Virus record (IMG/VR): IMGVR_UViG_3300020173_001350
Length of the DNA: 60,113 bases
Strand: one strand, 5' to 3'
From: an uncultured virus (IMG/VR IMGVR_UViG_3300020173_001350)
Taxonomy: Duplodnaviria > Heunggongvirae > Uroviricota > Caudoviricetes
Position 1 is the stretch's first letter, and each line of letters opens with the position of its first letter. This document shows positions 17,095 through 26,843 of this stretch, one piece after another. The notes beneath the pieces were generated by a model. That model ran no database searches. It saw only the letters and a program-made list of their open reading frames with translations, and was not told the origin of the DNA. Position numbers and translations under genes: made by a program.

Positions 17095-18800
17095 AACGAA
17101 TTATATTTACAGTTTGGGATGATATTAGTCGTGAAGATGATGCATGGAATGTTAATCATTGGTCACACGAACAGCAAAAAGATTATTGGGATAAACTGAT
17201 TGACAACAAAAAAGATTATGCCGATAAAATTGGTGTAGAATTTAAATTATTCCATAACACAATGAAAGACTTTGTTGTCGAGCACGACGTTGAGTTTACA
17301 AAGGTTAACTTATATAAACATCACTTATTTGCCAAACTTGCTGAAGAATATGATGAAGTAATGTATATTGATATGGATGTGGTATTCAATACCGATGAGA
17401 ATATGTTTGATGAATTGGATTTGAGTAAAGGCATTCATATTAAAGATCAAGATGAAAAGATATTGAATAGAAACATTAATGAAGTTGTCTTTCAAGAAAT
17501 TGGCGTGCGTAACCCAACATTAAAATACCATATCACAAGAGATCTACTTAATGATAAGTTTGATTGCCATGTGATGAATACAGGTATTATGGTTGGCAAG
17601 TCTGAACACATCAAAAAGATCAAGTATATCGCAAGAATTAAAAAAGGCATAAAAAAGATTAATCAAATAAAGCACGATAATCTTATGGGTGTTAATAGTA
17701 CTTATTTGAGAATGTATTATTATCCAAACAACGAATCATTGTTTTCATGGATTATGGAAGAATTCAATATCCCGTATGTTTTGATGGATAGAGAATGGCA
17801 TTACATTGTATCCGATGATCTTATAACTGTTGATTGGGATGAGATTAAGGTTGCTCATTTTATTAATAAAAAGTTCAATCATTTCTTTAACGATAAAACT
17901 AAATGTATCTATTCAATTTATATTGAAATACCTGACGAACGTCTTGACAATCCTCGTGGTCCATCCGATGATGATGTTCCGAAAAGTCTCCGTGTTAAAC
18001 AACGGCTTGCAGAATTTAAAGATAAGTTAGATAAAAACCACCGAGATTATGCAGATCTATGCGGTGCAGAATTTATTCAGTTTGGGCGTGATGAGCAATA
18101 CGAAACATTTGCGGCAAGATTTCCACAACTAACAGAATACAATATTATTAATCTATATAAAGTTTGGTTACTTGATAAATTAACTCACGATTATGATTTA
18201 GTTTTGTATATTGATTACGATGTATATTTTGCTGATAAGTTTGATGCGTTTAATTATTTGAGAGCAGAACAAGGATTTTGTTGTGATGTAAACACCGCGT
18301 ATGAAGCAGGAGTTAATGTAAGAGATCCATTATATTTCAAAAATTATAATAAAGATTTCCGTAATCCCCAAGCAAAGTATTGGAATGCGCACGCATTGTT
18401 GGCAGAGGAAGATCTTGATGGTGACAATTGGGTATTCAATACTGGGATTATGATGTCAAGCCGAAAGATTATGGAACAACTTGATTATTTTGGTGGCATT
18501 GATGAATTGTTAGATTTAATGGATGAGGTTAAGGAATTCTCAATGTATACTGAGGAGATCCGTAGATCATTTGGACACGATAATGAAACTATAATGTCAT
18601 ATAAGACTAAGATCAATAATGTACCTGTAATGCGCCTACAAGAGAAATGGCATTTCAAACACGATACTACTAAGCTGGCTGCCTATGATCCAACCAACCG
18701 CCATTTTAAACAAAGAAAGCATGAGTTAGAAACAAACATAAAGTTTAAAGAACTTCAATTCATACACTTTATTTCTAAAAACTTTGGGTTGATAATGTAA
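17091..18800 (+). CDS. Tandem two-domain glycosyltransferase (GT-A x2)
   Basis: Two repeats of NLYK...YD.V.YID.DV...NTGIM...NE(S/T)...HFI.K. Confidence 0.8.
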   Translation: MKRIIFTVWDDISREDDAWNVNHWSHEQQKDYWDKLIDNKKDYADKIGVEFKLFHNTMKDFVVEHDVEFTKVNLYKHHLFAKLAEEYDEVMYIDMDVVFNTDENMFDELDLSKGIHIKDQDEKILNRNINEVVFQEIGVRNPTLKYHITRDLLNDKFDCHVMNTGIMVGKSEHIKKIKYIARIKKGIKKINQIKHDNLMGVNSTYLRMYYYPNNESLFSWIMEEFNIPYVLMDREWHYIVSDDLITVDWDEIKVAHFINKKFNHFFNDKTKCIYSIYIEIPDERLDNPRGPSDDDVPKSLRVKQRLAEFKDKLDKNHRDYADLCGAEFIQFGRDEQYETFAARFPQLTEYNIINLYKVWLLDKLTHDYDLVLYIDYDVYFADKFDAFNYLRAEQGFCCDVNTAYEAGVNVRDPLYFKNYNKDFRNPQAKYWNAHALLAEEDLDGDNWVFNTGIMMSSRKIMEQLDYFGGIDELLDLMDEVKEFSMYTEEIRRSFGHDNETIMSYKTKINNVPVMRLQEKWHFKHDTTKLAAYDPTNRHFKQRKHELETNIKFKELQFIHFISKNFGLIM

Positions 18801-19633
18801 TGAGTTATTTGCTTGCAGTAGGATGTAGTTGGACTGACCACAATTACTTTTCTTTTCAGCATGAAGAACTTGATTGCTCATGGCCGAAATGGCCAGAATA
18901 TGTTGGAAAGCATTTGGGATTGCCTGCCGTTAATAAAGGTAGATCTGGTAGTTCAAATGAGTATGCTTATATTGAAATAATGGACGCGGTATTATCAGAT
19001 GATCCTCCATCACACATTTGTTGGCAACTTACCGATTGGTCAAGATTGCAATTAGGTAGGCGCAGAATAATGCCTTGTAAAAGGTGGGAGGTGTTTGCAA
19101 TGGAATCTAATTCTGAAAAGAAATTCAGAAAAGATAACTCAAGCGCTGAATACTTAATGGGTTTACATACATTGCCATTAGCACTCGACGGACCTATACC
19201 TATATTAGAAAACACGTTGTTTTATATTGAGAAGGTAATTATGTTATGCCGTAAACTTAATATTAAATTAAATATATTTCAATCTGATGTCCCAATATGG
19301 CCGTTTACATCCGATTACTGGTGGTGGTACCTCGATAACTTTAGACAAAAGCACCCCAAGGAATGGAAAGTTTTTAACTTAATGATTGATGAAAGAGTTG
19401 AGAATTGTTTTTTAACTAAGGCAATTTTAAACGAATTAATCTCAGGCGAGGCATTTGCAAAAGTTGAAAAGATCAAACCTGTTGAAGTATATGGTTGGCC
19501 TGTATGGAAAGAGATTGGTGGTAAATGGATATCAGCAGAAAGTAAAATTTCAGAACTTGACTCTCATCCTGATGCAAAAGGACAAATAAACCTCGGTGCA
19601 GCGATAAACAAGTGGATTGATGATGTATCTTGA
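18800..19633 (+). CDS. SGNH/GDSL-like hydrolase or acyltransferase
   Basis: GCSWT, GRSGSSN, C-terminal DSHP. Confidence 0.65.
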   Translation: MSYLLAVGCSWTDHNYFSFQHEELDCSWPKWPEYVGKHLGLPAVNKGRSGSSNEYAYIEIMDAVLSDDPPSHICWQLTDWSRLQLGRRRIMPCKRWEVFAMESNSEKKFRKDNSSAEYLMGLHTLPLALDGPIPILENTLFYIEKVIMLCRKLNIKLNIFQSDVPIWPFTSDYWWWYLDNFRQKHPKEWKVFNLMIDERVENCFLTKAILNELISGEAFAKVEKIKPVEVYGWPVWKEIGGKWISAESKISELDSHPDAKGQINLGAAINKWIDDVS

Positions 19634-20351
19634 GGATGAGTTTGGTCAATCTATAAGCTTTGAAATACCGTTAGAATGTAAAAGAATACTTTTTAATTTA
19701 AGCGGTGGTGCTGATTCGGCATTGGTTTTTTATTTACTAATCAAATACTTAACGGAAAATAACCGACACGATACAACGATTGGATGCCTTACTCTAGCCT
19801 TTGACAAGCGGTATAGATGGCAGGCACGAAGGTCTGCCAACATCATTGAATATATGATTAGCAAGTTTGATTACCACAACATCTTGTCTCACCATACAGT
19901 CTACGGTGATGATTATAACGACTCTCACCTACATAAATATCAAAAAGAAGTGTTTGGCCGTGGTGAGTATGATATGCTTATTGGCGGTAATACAGCTAAC
20001 CCTCGATTTGATGTTGACATTGAATTAAAAGATGGTACGCATATTAATCTTTGGAAAGAATGTGATCCAATGATTGGTATACGGAATGAAAACGATATTC
20101 CTATTACAATTGATAGATTTGGATATCCATACTATTCTCCATTTGCAAATGTTGATAAAAGGTTTGTTGCGTCAATCTACAGGAGATTTGATTTATTTGA
20201 TTTGTTGCAGGAAACGAGGTCATGCTGTACTAATATACCTGACACAGAAAAACCGTGTGGTGTATGTTGGTCTTGTGGTGAACGCAAATTAATATGGGGA
20301 GATTGGGATTATGGATTTATACCCGGTAGAAAAATCGGTAATCAGTCTTAA
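19617..20351 (+). CDS. QueC-like PP-loop ATPase
   Basis: LSGGADS; TRSCC...PCGVCWSCGER. Confidence 0.7.
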   Translation: MMMYLEDEFGQSISFEIPLECKRILFNLSGGADSALVFYLLIKYLTENNRHDTTIGCLTLAFDKRYRWQARRSANIIEYMISKFDYHNILSHHTVYGDDYNDSHLHKYQKEVFGRGEYDMLIGGNTANPRFDVDIELKDGTHINLWKECDPMIGIRNENDIPITIDRFGYPYYSPFANVDKRFVASIYRRFDLFDLLQETRSCCTNIPDTEKPCGVCWSCGERKLIWGDWDYGFIPGRKIGNQS

Positions 20352-21003
20352 CAGCCTTTTAGAGGTTGATGATTTATCAAGTACAACAACATTTTTAGAT
20401 TGGGGTGGCAATCAAGGTAACCTATTATCGTTTGATAATTTTCCAATCAAACAAAGTAACTATACTTGTGTTGATGTTGATAAAGGTGCATTGGATGTTG
20501 GTGCAAAAAATTATCCTGATGCTAACTTTTTTCACTATAACAAATATAATAAAGTTTATAATCAGACTGGTAATCTCGACGAACCGTTTCCCAATATCAA
20601 TACAAAGCAAGATATTATTTTTGCGTTTAGTGTATTTACCCATACAGATTTTAATGAGTTCAAACAAACCGTTCGGTGGATGAAAGAAACATTTACCTAT
20701 AAGAAAATCATCATCAGTCTTATCGGAACGAATAGTACAAAATTACTTGATAGGTTTTATAAGGCACGTGTTGAAAGAGATGGGTCAAGTATTGATATAC
20801 GTAACTTAGAGAATGAGACCGATACAAACATAGCTTATCTTACCGATAACAATGTATTGATACGAGATCAGATACAAGCAAATAATACTCCATGCCAAAC
20901 ATTTTTGACAATGTATAGACCACCGTTCGTATTAGGCCATCTTGGTGGTACTATTCAAATCGTACACGAATTAGAATATCCTTTTCTTGTGATTGAACCA
21001 TGA
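20311..21003 (+). CDS. Class I SAM-dependent methyltransferase
   Basis: LDWGGNQG, CVDVD, FSVFTH. Confidence 0.8.
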   Translation: MDLYPVEKSVISLNSLLEVDDLSSTTTFLDWGGNQGNLLSFDNFPIKQSNYTCVDVDKGALDVGAKNYPDANFFHYNKYNKVYNQTGNLDEPFPNINTKQDIIFAFSVFTHTDFNEFKQTVRWMKETFTYKKIIISLIGTNSTKLLDRFYKARVERDGSSIDIRNLENETDTNIAYLTDNNVLIRDQIQANNTPCQTFLTMYRPPFVLGHLGGTIQIVHELEYPFLVIEP

Positions 21004-21548
21004 AAAATTTTACTGAATTAGAATTACCGCCATTTACATTAGATCATATTGAATGGGATGGTCAAACACAGATCGGTATTACAACTACATCGGATGCACC
21101 TGATAACACAAAGATGGCATGTGGTAGTTTGAAATATGATTGGTCAAAAAAGGTTTATAAAAATGGTCAGACTATAGTACCATTGCGAGAAACAGAACTC
21201 AAGGAACAAGATTTCAACACCGTGTGCTCAGTGTTCCGTGGCACCGTACTTGAAACTGTTTATAATATGTTGAATGAAAGATATAAAATCGGTAGAGTCA
21301 GATTAATGAAATCTTTACCGTTTACTTGTTTATCATGGCATACTGATTCTCAAATAAGAATACACTATCCTGTAAAAACACAGGAAGGATGCTTTATGGT
21401 TATAGATGATGAGATTATGCATCTCAAACAAGACACGTGGTATTTAACCAATACTATGTTAAAGCACACTGCCTTCAATTCAAGTAAAGAAGATAGAATA
21501 CACCTTGTAGTAAATGTACTGAATGACTATGCAGAATTATCAGCTTAG
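21000..21548 (+). CDS. Asp/Asn beta-hydroxylase-like 2OG-Fe(II) oxygenase
   Basis: RVRLM, WHTD, RIHYP, HTAFN, RIHLV. Confidence 0.8.
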   Translation: MKNFTELELPPFTLDHIEWDGQTQIGITTTSDAPDNTKMACGSLKYDWSKKVYKNGQTIVPLRETELKEQDFNTVCSVFRGTVLETVYNMLNERYKIGRVRLMKSLPFTCLSWHTDSQIRIHYPVKTQEGCFMVIDDEIMHLKQDTWYLTNTMLKHTAFNSSKEDRIHLVVNVLNDYAELSA

Positions 21549-21978
21549 AGAAATAACCAAAGAACAGATTAAAGAAGCCTGGGACAAGTTGTGGCCTGGG
21601 AATGAGCACTATTATATTTCTGATATGACTTTTCCTGAACTTGGAAACAATAAAGAAATATTTACAAAATATAAAGCCACCTACTGGGGCTTGTATGACG
21701 GAGATAAACTTATAGCTTCAAACTCAGGACACAAGACTTCAGAAACTTATTATAGAGGACGTGGAGTGTGGGTAGATGAAGATTATAGAAGACAAAAGTT
21801 ATCTCAAATAATGTGGCAAGCTGTGGCAGACCAAGGAAGAAGAGAAGGTTGTGAGTTTTTATGGTGTTTACCTCGTAGGCCTACATTTTCTCATGCTGAA
21901 GAGTTTGGGTTCATTCGTATGACTGAGTGGATGACATTTAAACACGGAGAAAATGCATACGCAGTATATAGATTATGA
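21523..21978 (+). CDS. GNAT acetyltransferase
   Basis: RGVWVDEDYRRQKLS; WCLPR. Confidence 0.8.
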   Translation: MTMQNYQLREITKEQIKEAWDKLWPGNEHYYISDMTFPELGNNKEIFTKYKATYWGLYDGDKLIASNSGHKTSETYYRGRGVWVDEDYRRQKLSQIMWQAVADQGRREGCEFLWCLPRRPTFSHAEEFGFIRMTEWMTFKHGENAYAVYRL

Positions 21979-22589
21979 AAATTTTTATTCATATTCCAAA
22001 GACAGGTGGGTTCTCTATAAGATATTGCAACGCACTAAAGTCTCAAATTATCATTAACACTGTAGATAAATTAAAAGACTATGATTATATTCAGGGCTTA
22101 AAAGTTATTGGATATCCAGGAGCTGAGCATAGTAGATGGAAAGACCTTTACCCAGAATATAGAGATAAGTTTGAAGCATTTGCTGTTGTAAGAAATCCAT
22201 GGCAGAGAACAGCTTCTCGCTATTGGCATGCAAAGACAAGAGATTATGAGGTTCATGGTACTGATCTTTCAAGCTTTGAGGCATTTATTGAAGATAGGCA
22301 CAGACTTATAGAAATGCCGTTCACATGGCACAGACCACATCTTCATTGGCATAATCAATTAGACCACATTACTAACGATGATGGGAAAATAATGTGCCAT
22401 GTGATGAAAACTGAGACTTTAAAGAAAGATGTAAAAAACTATTTCAGCGTTGAACTACAAGAAAAGTATAATGTCACAGGCGATTACCCTAATCTTTGGA
22501 CTCCTAAGCTTATAAATGATATAGGAGATTGGTATGAAAGAGATATCAAAACATTTAATTATGAACCTAATCATCATCTTCGTAGATGA
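21975..22589 (+). CDS. Sulfotransferase (family 2)
   Basis: FIHIPKTGG (5'-PSB), VVRNPWQRTASRY (3'-PB). Confidence 0.85.
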   Translation: MKIFIHIPKTGGFSIRYCNALKSQIIINTVDKLKDYDYIQGLKVIGYPGAEHSRWKDLYPEYRDKFEAFAVVRNPWQRTASRYWHAKTRDYEVHGTDLSSFEAFIEDRHRLIEMPFTWHRPHLHWHNQLDHITNDDGKIMCHVMKTETLKKDVKNYFSVELQEKYNVTGDYPNLWTPKLINDIGDWYERDIKTFNYEPNHHLRR

Positions 22590-22668
22590 ACGTACCTTTA
22601 CCGTAACTTCCTTTTTTCCAAAACTTTAATTTAGACATAAAGAACTTGATTCTATACTTTAGTTTCAT
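22567..22668 (-). CDS. 33-aa basic peptide
   Basis: GGAGGAG RBS; MKLKYRIKFFMSKLKFWKKGSYGKGTFIYEDDD. Confidence 0.5.
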   Translation of the reverse strand: MKLKYRIKFFMSKLKFWKKGSYGKGTFIYEDDD

Positions 22669-22755
22669 TTACTCCTCCATGTCTTATTTATTTTGTTGAC
22701 AGACTATCATAGCTGTGTTATCATAGATTTATCTACTAAAAAATGATGTTTCCTA

Positions 22756-22785
22756 TTGACATTTGGTTTAGAATCAGTTATATTG
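22756..22785 (+). promoter_or_regulatory. Phage early promoter (AGAATCAG type)
   Basis: TTGACA-17-TATATT; a second TTGACA-17-TATCAT at 22696-22724. Confidence 0.75.
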
Positions 22786-22809
22786 GAATCATCAACAAAG
22801 GAGCAAACA

Positions 22810-23211
22810 ATGACTTATACATATTCAGATGATTGTATTTCAGATTTACACAAAGAAGTTTATGGTTATAGACCTCGTGGTGCATATTGGGATGATTGGA
22901 ATAACTGTACACCTGCGGAAAAACAAAAAACGTGGGATGAGTATTGCCGTGCCCTTGATATCCAAATGGCTGAAACAAAATCTCAGGAAGAACGAGATGT
23001 TGCAAAGTTTGAAGCACGCGTTCAAGATGTTATCAGCCTTGGTGCCGGTGACCGTAAAACAGCATTAAGTTGGATTACTGGTCAAGAAACCTTTTATCAT
23101 AGTCAAGATGTTGAGCATTTTGTATGGGAACAAGGAATTTTGTTTACTAAATATGGTAAGAAATTAATTGAAGATCTGTTGGGTATTGTTGAATATAAGG
23201 AATGGGTATGA
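22810..23211 (+). CDS. Hypothetical early protein
   Basis: AAGGAG RBS; SDLHKEVYGYRPR. Confidence 0.75.
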   Translation: MTYTYSDDCISDLHKEVYGYRPRGAYWDDWNNCTPAEKQKTWDEYCRALDIQMAETKSQEERDVAKFEARVQDVISLGAGDRKTALSWITGQETFYHSQDVEHFVWEQGILFTKYGKKLIEDLLGIVEYKEWV

Positions 23212-23441
23212 CGCCACAAGAAATAGCAGATCATAAACAACGATGGATGAGCAGCGGTAATTTTTACGCCGTTGCCATTCATTCGGATAATAGGTGGGCA
23301 GCCACTCAATGGTGCAAAGTGCAATTGCATAAACAGCAATGGGTGCACCGAAAATTTACAGATGTATATGAAGATACATTCTTTTTTGAATATAAACAAG
23401 ACGCGGTTGGATTTAGTTCAAAATTCCAACTTAAGGAGTAA
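23208..23441 (+). CDS. Hypothetical protein
   Basis: ATGA coupling with upstream gene. Confidence 0.65.
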   Translation: MTPQEIADHKQRWMSSGNFYAVAIHSDNRWAATQWCKVQLHKQQWVHRKFTDVYEDTFFFEYKQDAVGFSSKFQLKE

Positions 23442-23444
23442 GCG

Positions 23445-23606
23445 ATGGAAGTAGTTTTTATTATAGCAGGTATGATTGCAGGTGGACTGTTTGGTGCATA
23501 TATTGTGGATGACAAAAAAGTTGGTGCTGAGTTAGAAGTATTGGCATGGTCATTAACAGGTTTAATTTTGTTTTTAGGTACAGCAGGTCTACTTAATTTG
23601 ATTTAA
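23445..23606 (+). CDS. Small 2-TM membrane protein
   Basis: AAGGAG RBS; MEVVFIIAGMIAGGLFG... Confidence 0.6.
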   Translation: MEVVFIIAGMIAGGLFGAYIVDDKKVGAELEVLAWSLTGLILFLGTAGLLNLI

Positions 23607-23620
23607 TTTCAAATTAACTA

Positions 23621-23650
23621 TTGACAAATGCTTTAGAATCAGTTATATTG
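23621..23650 (+). promoter_or_regulatory. Phage early promoter (AGAATCAG type)
   Basis: TTGACA-17-TATATT. Confidence 0.75.
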
Positions 23651-23678
23651 ATTGTATCAAATGAAAAGGAACTATATC

Positions 23679-23945
23679 ATGGCTTATGTAACTTACAAAA
23701 ACCGCTCTTCTTCTGACTATCGTTTTACTTGTAAATCTCTTGATGATCCTGAGATTGCAAACCTTAAAAAAATACTTGTTGAACGCAACGGTTTTATCAA
23801 ACGTGCCCGCAGATTTTGTATTTTTAACCAAAAAACACAAGGACTTCGTATTCGTCCTCGCGGTCCTCGCAAAAATTCTTGGGCTTATGACACACCTGCT
23901 GAAAATGCAACTCATTACGACGTTTACATCCGGGATTATTCATAA
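23679..23945 (+). CDS. Hypothetical early protein
   Basis: AAGGA RBS; basic protein. Confidence 0.65.
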   Translation: MAYVTYKNRSSSDYRFTCKSLDDPEIANLKKILVERNGFIKRARRFCIFNQKTQGLRIRPRGPRKNSWAYDTPAENATHYDVYIRDYS

Positions 23946-24106
23946 TGGATTATAAAGATCTTGTAAAAAAGTTTGTCTCTGAAGGCGGTTCCATTACAAA
24001 ATGTGAACCGTCAAAGAAACGCTTCAAAACATGGCGTGGTAAATCAGGTGCCTGGAATAAAGGTGCTAAAAAGATTGGGTTACAGGATCGTAACCACAAA
24101 TCATAA
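23945..24106 (+). CDS. Small basic hypothetical protein
   Basis: MDYKDLVKKFVSEGGSITKC...; TAATG coupling. Confidence 0.6.
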   Translation: MDYKDLVKKFVSEGGSITKCEPSKKRFKTWRGKSGAWNKGAKKIGLQDRNHKS

Positions 24107-24118
24107 AGGACTGACGTT

Positions 24119-24649
24119 ATGTCAAAACTTGATGACCTTGCGGCTTTGCTGCAAGATAAAATTCTTTCCAACATTGAAGAGTATTGGGAGGAAGCCATAG
24201 AATACGGTGAAGTCTGTTTACAAATCATAGAGCATGGTTATAAGACAGAATATAAAGCTGATATTGTAACTCCATTGCGTCGCTGTAATCACGGTAGGCG
24301 CATAGCTGCATTTGAACATAAAGGTGTTTATATGTGGCAAGAAAAATCCACAGGTAAAATACTTTATATTGGCAAAACGGATGGTAAGACTTCTTCAATC
24401 CATGCACGGATAGGCAATCACCGCAGTTCGTTTACTAAACCTGACTCACACCATGAAGTAACAGGTAGAAAATATAGACAATATCTAAAAGAAAATGGTT
24501 TACAAACTATGGATGTTGTGATAAAATACATTAACACCGCTGATTATGACTTAAAGATTGCTCCATTAATTGAAGATGCATCTATTGACCATTATCAGCC
24601 ACTACTCAATTCTCAAATAAAAGGCAGAGGCTCTCGTAATGAAGTATGA
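24119..24649 (+). CDS. GIY-YIG nuclease, endonuclease II (DenA)-like
   Basis: GVYMW...LYIGKT...R; C-terminal E..I..YQPLLN. Confidence 0.7.
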   Translation: MSKLDDLAALLQDKILSNIEEYWEEAIEYGEVCLQIIEHGYKTEYKADIVTPLRRCNHGRRIAAFEHKGVYMWQEKSTGKILYIGKTDGKTSSIHARIGNHRSSFTKPDSHHEVTGRKYRQYLKENGLQTMDVVIKYINTADYDLKIAPLIEDASIDHYQPLLNSQIKGRGSRNEV

Positions 24650-24950
24650 TAATGACAAACCCAAAATCCATTTAGTTCCACCTGAAGCTATTATCGAAGC
24701 AGCAAAGGTATTTGGTTTTGGTGCTGAAAAGTACGGTGAAAACAATTGGCGACAAGACATTGAAAAGTTTCCTGTCTCTCGTCATTACTCATCTATTCAG
24801 CGTCATTTGTTAGCATATATGTCAGGTGAAGATCAAGATCCTGAATCAGGTTTGCCACATTTGTCTCATGCCTTAACTCAAATGATGATTCTTGTTATGA
24901 CAACAATTGAGTCTGATCCAATTGATACTGATGATAGGTTTAAAAAATGA
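24639..24950 (+). CDS. dNTP diphosphohydrolase (DUF5664 family)
   Basis: KYDNDKP, GAEKYGENNW, RHL, DPESGLPHLSHA. Confidence 0.85.
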   Translation: MKYDNDKPKIHLVPPEAIIEAAKVFGFGAEKYGENNWRQDIEKFPVSRHYSSIQRHLLAYMSGEDQDPESGLPHLSHALTQMMILVMTTIESDPIDTDDRFKK

Positions 24951-25447
24951 GCATAGAACGGTTAGGTAAATTAGGTGAACGTATTGTAAAAGAATACTTT
25001 GAAATGCAAAATTGCAAAGTTGAAATGTCGGAAGATCCGTTTGATATGTCAAAGGATATGATGATTGACGGCAGACATACCGAAGTTAAATTCCAAACAA
25101 TTTATTACCATTTTAAAGTACCTAACATGGAAACGTATGAGGCATTTACTGTTCCGATTACAACAACTAAAGGTGGTGCCGTAAGTAATCAACTTGATAA
25201 GTGTTTAAATGCCGACCGATGGATTATTGTTCAAAACCCACGGCCTGGATCAAAGCTTGTTACATTATGGGAAGCACCTCCACCTGGTCAACGTAGGTTT
25301 AGAGTTATTCAAAACAAACGAGACAATAGGCATACCGCAGGATTTGCGCTCGAAACATTTAATAAAATTATTGACATTAATAACGAACCGTTGTATAATA
25401 GAATTAAAGAAATAGACAAGTCAAACTATAAAAGGACATTCGCATGA
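24947..25447 (+). CDS. PD-(D/E)xK nuclease-like protein
   Basis: GKLGE...KDMMID...EVK. Confidence 0.55.
   Translation: MSIERLGKLGERIVKEYFEMQNCKVEMSEDPFDMSKDMMIDGRHTEVKFQTIYYHFKVPNMETYEAFTVPITTTKGGAVSNQLDKCLNADRWIIVQNPRPGSKLVTLWEAPPPGQRRFRVIQNKRDNRHTAGFALETFNKIIDINNEPLYNRIKEIDKSNYKRTFA
25371..25399 (+). promoter_or_regulatory. Consensus sigma70 promoter for dCMP hydroxymethylase
   Basis: Perfect TTGACA-17-TATAAT, 45 nt upstream of ATG 25444. Confidence 0.7.
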
Positions 25448-26142
25448 GAATTGATAGCGTATATGATATCCGTGAGTTTTTCAAAGGTGAGCTTAAAGAT
25501 GAAGCATTCACTATTGATAAAACAGGCCAACGTACTATTGAATTAATCGGTGCAAACTTTCTTGCAACTGAACCAGCAATCTTTGGTAAACCAAGTCAAA
25601 GTTATATTGAATCAGAATTGGAATGGTACAAATCAGGTTCAACAAATATTAATGATATTTACGGACCATCTAAAGAACCACCTGCGGCATGGCAATATGC
25701 TGCTGATCCAAACGGTGAAATCAATTCAAACTACGGTCACCTTGTAAATTCACCAAAGTATTTCAATCAATTTGAAAATGCCTTTGATGAACTATGGCGT
25801 AATCCTGACAGCCGTCGTGCTCAAATGGTTTACAATCGTCCATCTATCTGGGTTGAGTTTGATGAAAACGGTAAGTCTGATTTCATTTGTACCAACGCTC
25901 AAACATTCTATATCCGTGATGGTATTCTACATATGGTATCGCAAATGCGTTCTAATGATGTTGTATTTGGTTACAAGAATGATTACGCATGGGCTCAATA
26001 CCTAATGGATCAACTTGTTACTCGATGGAACAGCCGTTGTGAGCTTCCTGGTAATAAACACTTTACTATTGAAAAAGGCATGCTGACATGGCAAGTGATG
26101 AACTTGCACGTATACGAACGTCATTTTGATCTTGTTGTATAA
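25444..26142 (+). CDS. gp42: dCMP hydroxymethylase (T4 gp42-like, thymidylate synthase fold)
   Basis: INSNYG, DFICT, MRSNDVVFGYKNDYAW (Asp at the dCMP-specificity position), NLHVYERHF. Confidence 0.85.
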   Translation: MRIDSVYDIREFFKGELKDEAFTIDKTGQRTIELIGANFLATEPAIFGKPSQSYIESELEWYKSGSTNINDIYGPSKEPPAAWQYAADPNGEINSNYGHLVNSPKYFNQFENAFDELWRNPDSRRAQMVYNRPSIWVEFDENGKSDFICTNAQTFYIRDGILHMVSQMRSNDVVFGYKNDYAWAQYLMDQLVTRWNSRCELPGNKHFTIEKGMLTWQVMNLHVYERHFDLVV

Positions 26143-26145
26143 ATA
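26138..26145 (+). promoter_or_regulatory. Late promoter TATAAATA
   Basis: Exact consensus overlapping the gp42 stop. Confidence 0.5.
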
Positions 26146-26150
26146 TATCC

Positions 26151-26387
26151 ATGAGTAAATTAATACGAATATCAGATGTTATCGAGACAAAACTCAGAAA
26201 AGAAAAAGAGCTTGAATTTTATCGAGCACAGATTGAAAAAATAAAAACCAAAATGTCTTTCCTACAAAAAGATTTAGACATTACTAATATCATTATTAAT
26301 ATAATTGAAAATGAAAAAGTAATGGACGTAAAAGAAAATATGGAAAAACGAATGATAGGAGAATCCGATGCTAGGGACATGGAGTAA
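26151..26387 (+). CDS. Coiled-coil hypothetical protein
   Basis: ORF in operon. Confidence 0.6.
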   Translation: MSKLIRISDVIETKLRKEKELEFYRAQIEKIKTKMSFLQKDLDITNIIINIIENEKVMDVKENMEKRMIGESDARDME

Positions 26388-26640
26388 AGCAGCATTTAAA
26401 GCTAAATTACAGGAAGGCGAATGCCTTGTCACCTGGGAACGTAATGATAAAACTGGTACACGCAGTAAGCATTACACACTCAAGCCTGAACTAATTCCTG
26501 ATATGCCAAACAAGCGCGGCCGCATAAACAATCCACCTGTGTTGACACCTTCTCATACTGGTTGTTACGATATCCGCAAGGATCGGTGGGATGGTATTAA
26601 AGTAAAGAAAGTTATTTCAGTGGAGCTCGTTGAAGAGTAA
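26368..26640 (+). CDS. WYL-like/SH3 beta-barrel protein
   Basis: LQEGECLVTW...TLKPELIP...YDIRKDRW pattern of the small T4-like SH3 family. Confidence 0.5.
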   Translation: MLGTWSKAAFKAKLQEGECLVTWERNDKTGTRSKHYTLKPELIPDMPNKRGRINNPPVLTPSHTGCYDIRKDRWDGIKVKKVISVELVEE

Positions 26641-26843
26641 TGCCACATTCCGTACGCCACGTTGTAAAAAGAATGACTTATTTTAATTCTGAAATAGATC
26701 GGCTTATTATGATGTGTGATGATAATGAAGAAATCCTAATGCTCGGCAGTTGTCTTATGACTTCTGCCAAATCACTTTTTGATGGAGCAATGGGTAGTGA
26801 AAAAAGGAAAACATTAATTGATGAGCTCAACAAGACAGACTAA
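26640..26843 (+). CDS. Hypothetical protein
   Basis: TAATG coupling. Confidence 0.6.
   Translation: MPHSVRHVVKRMTYFNSEIDRLIMMCDDNEEILMLGSCLMTSAKSLFDGAMGSEKRKTLIDELNKTD

Noticed and set aside
19617..20351. 7-deazaguanine DNA modification suggested by the QueC-like gene
   Set aside because: No folE, queD, queE or dpdA nearby; the radical SAMs are twitch/SPASM-type rather than QueE
24119..24649. Homing endonuclease or intron
   Set aside because: Free-standing short GIY-YIG without a DNA-binding tail or interrupted host gene; resembles endonuclease II
24639..24950. Z-genome (2-aminoadenine) pathway suggested by DUF5664
   Set aside because: No purZ or datZ-like gene in the window; context points to cytosine modification
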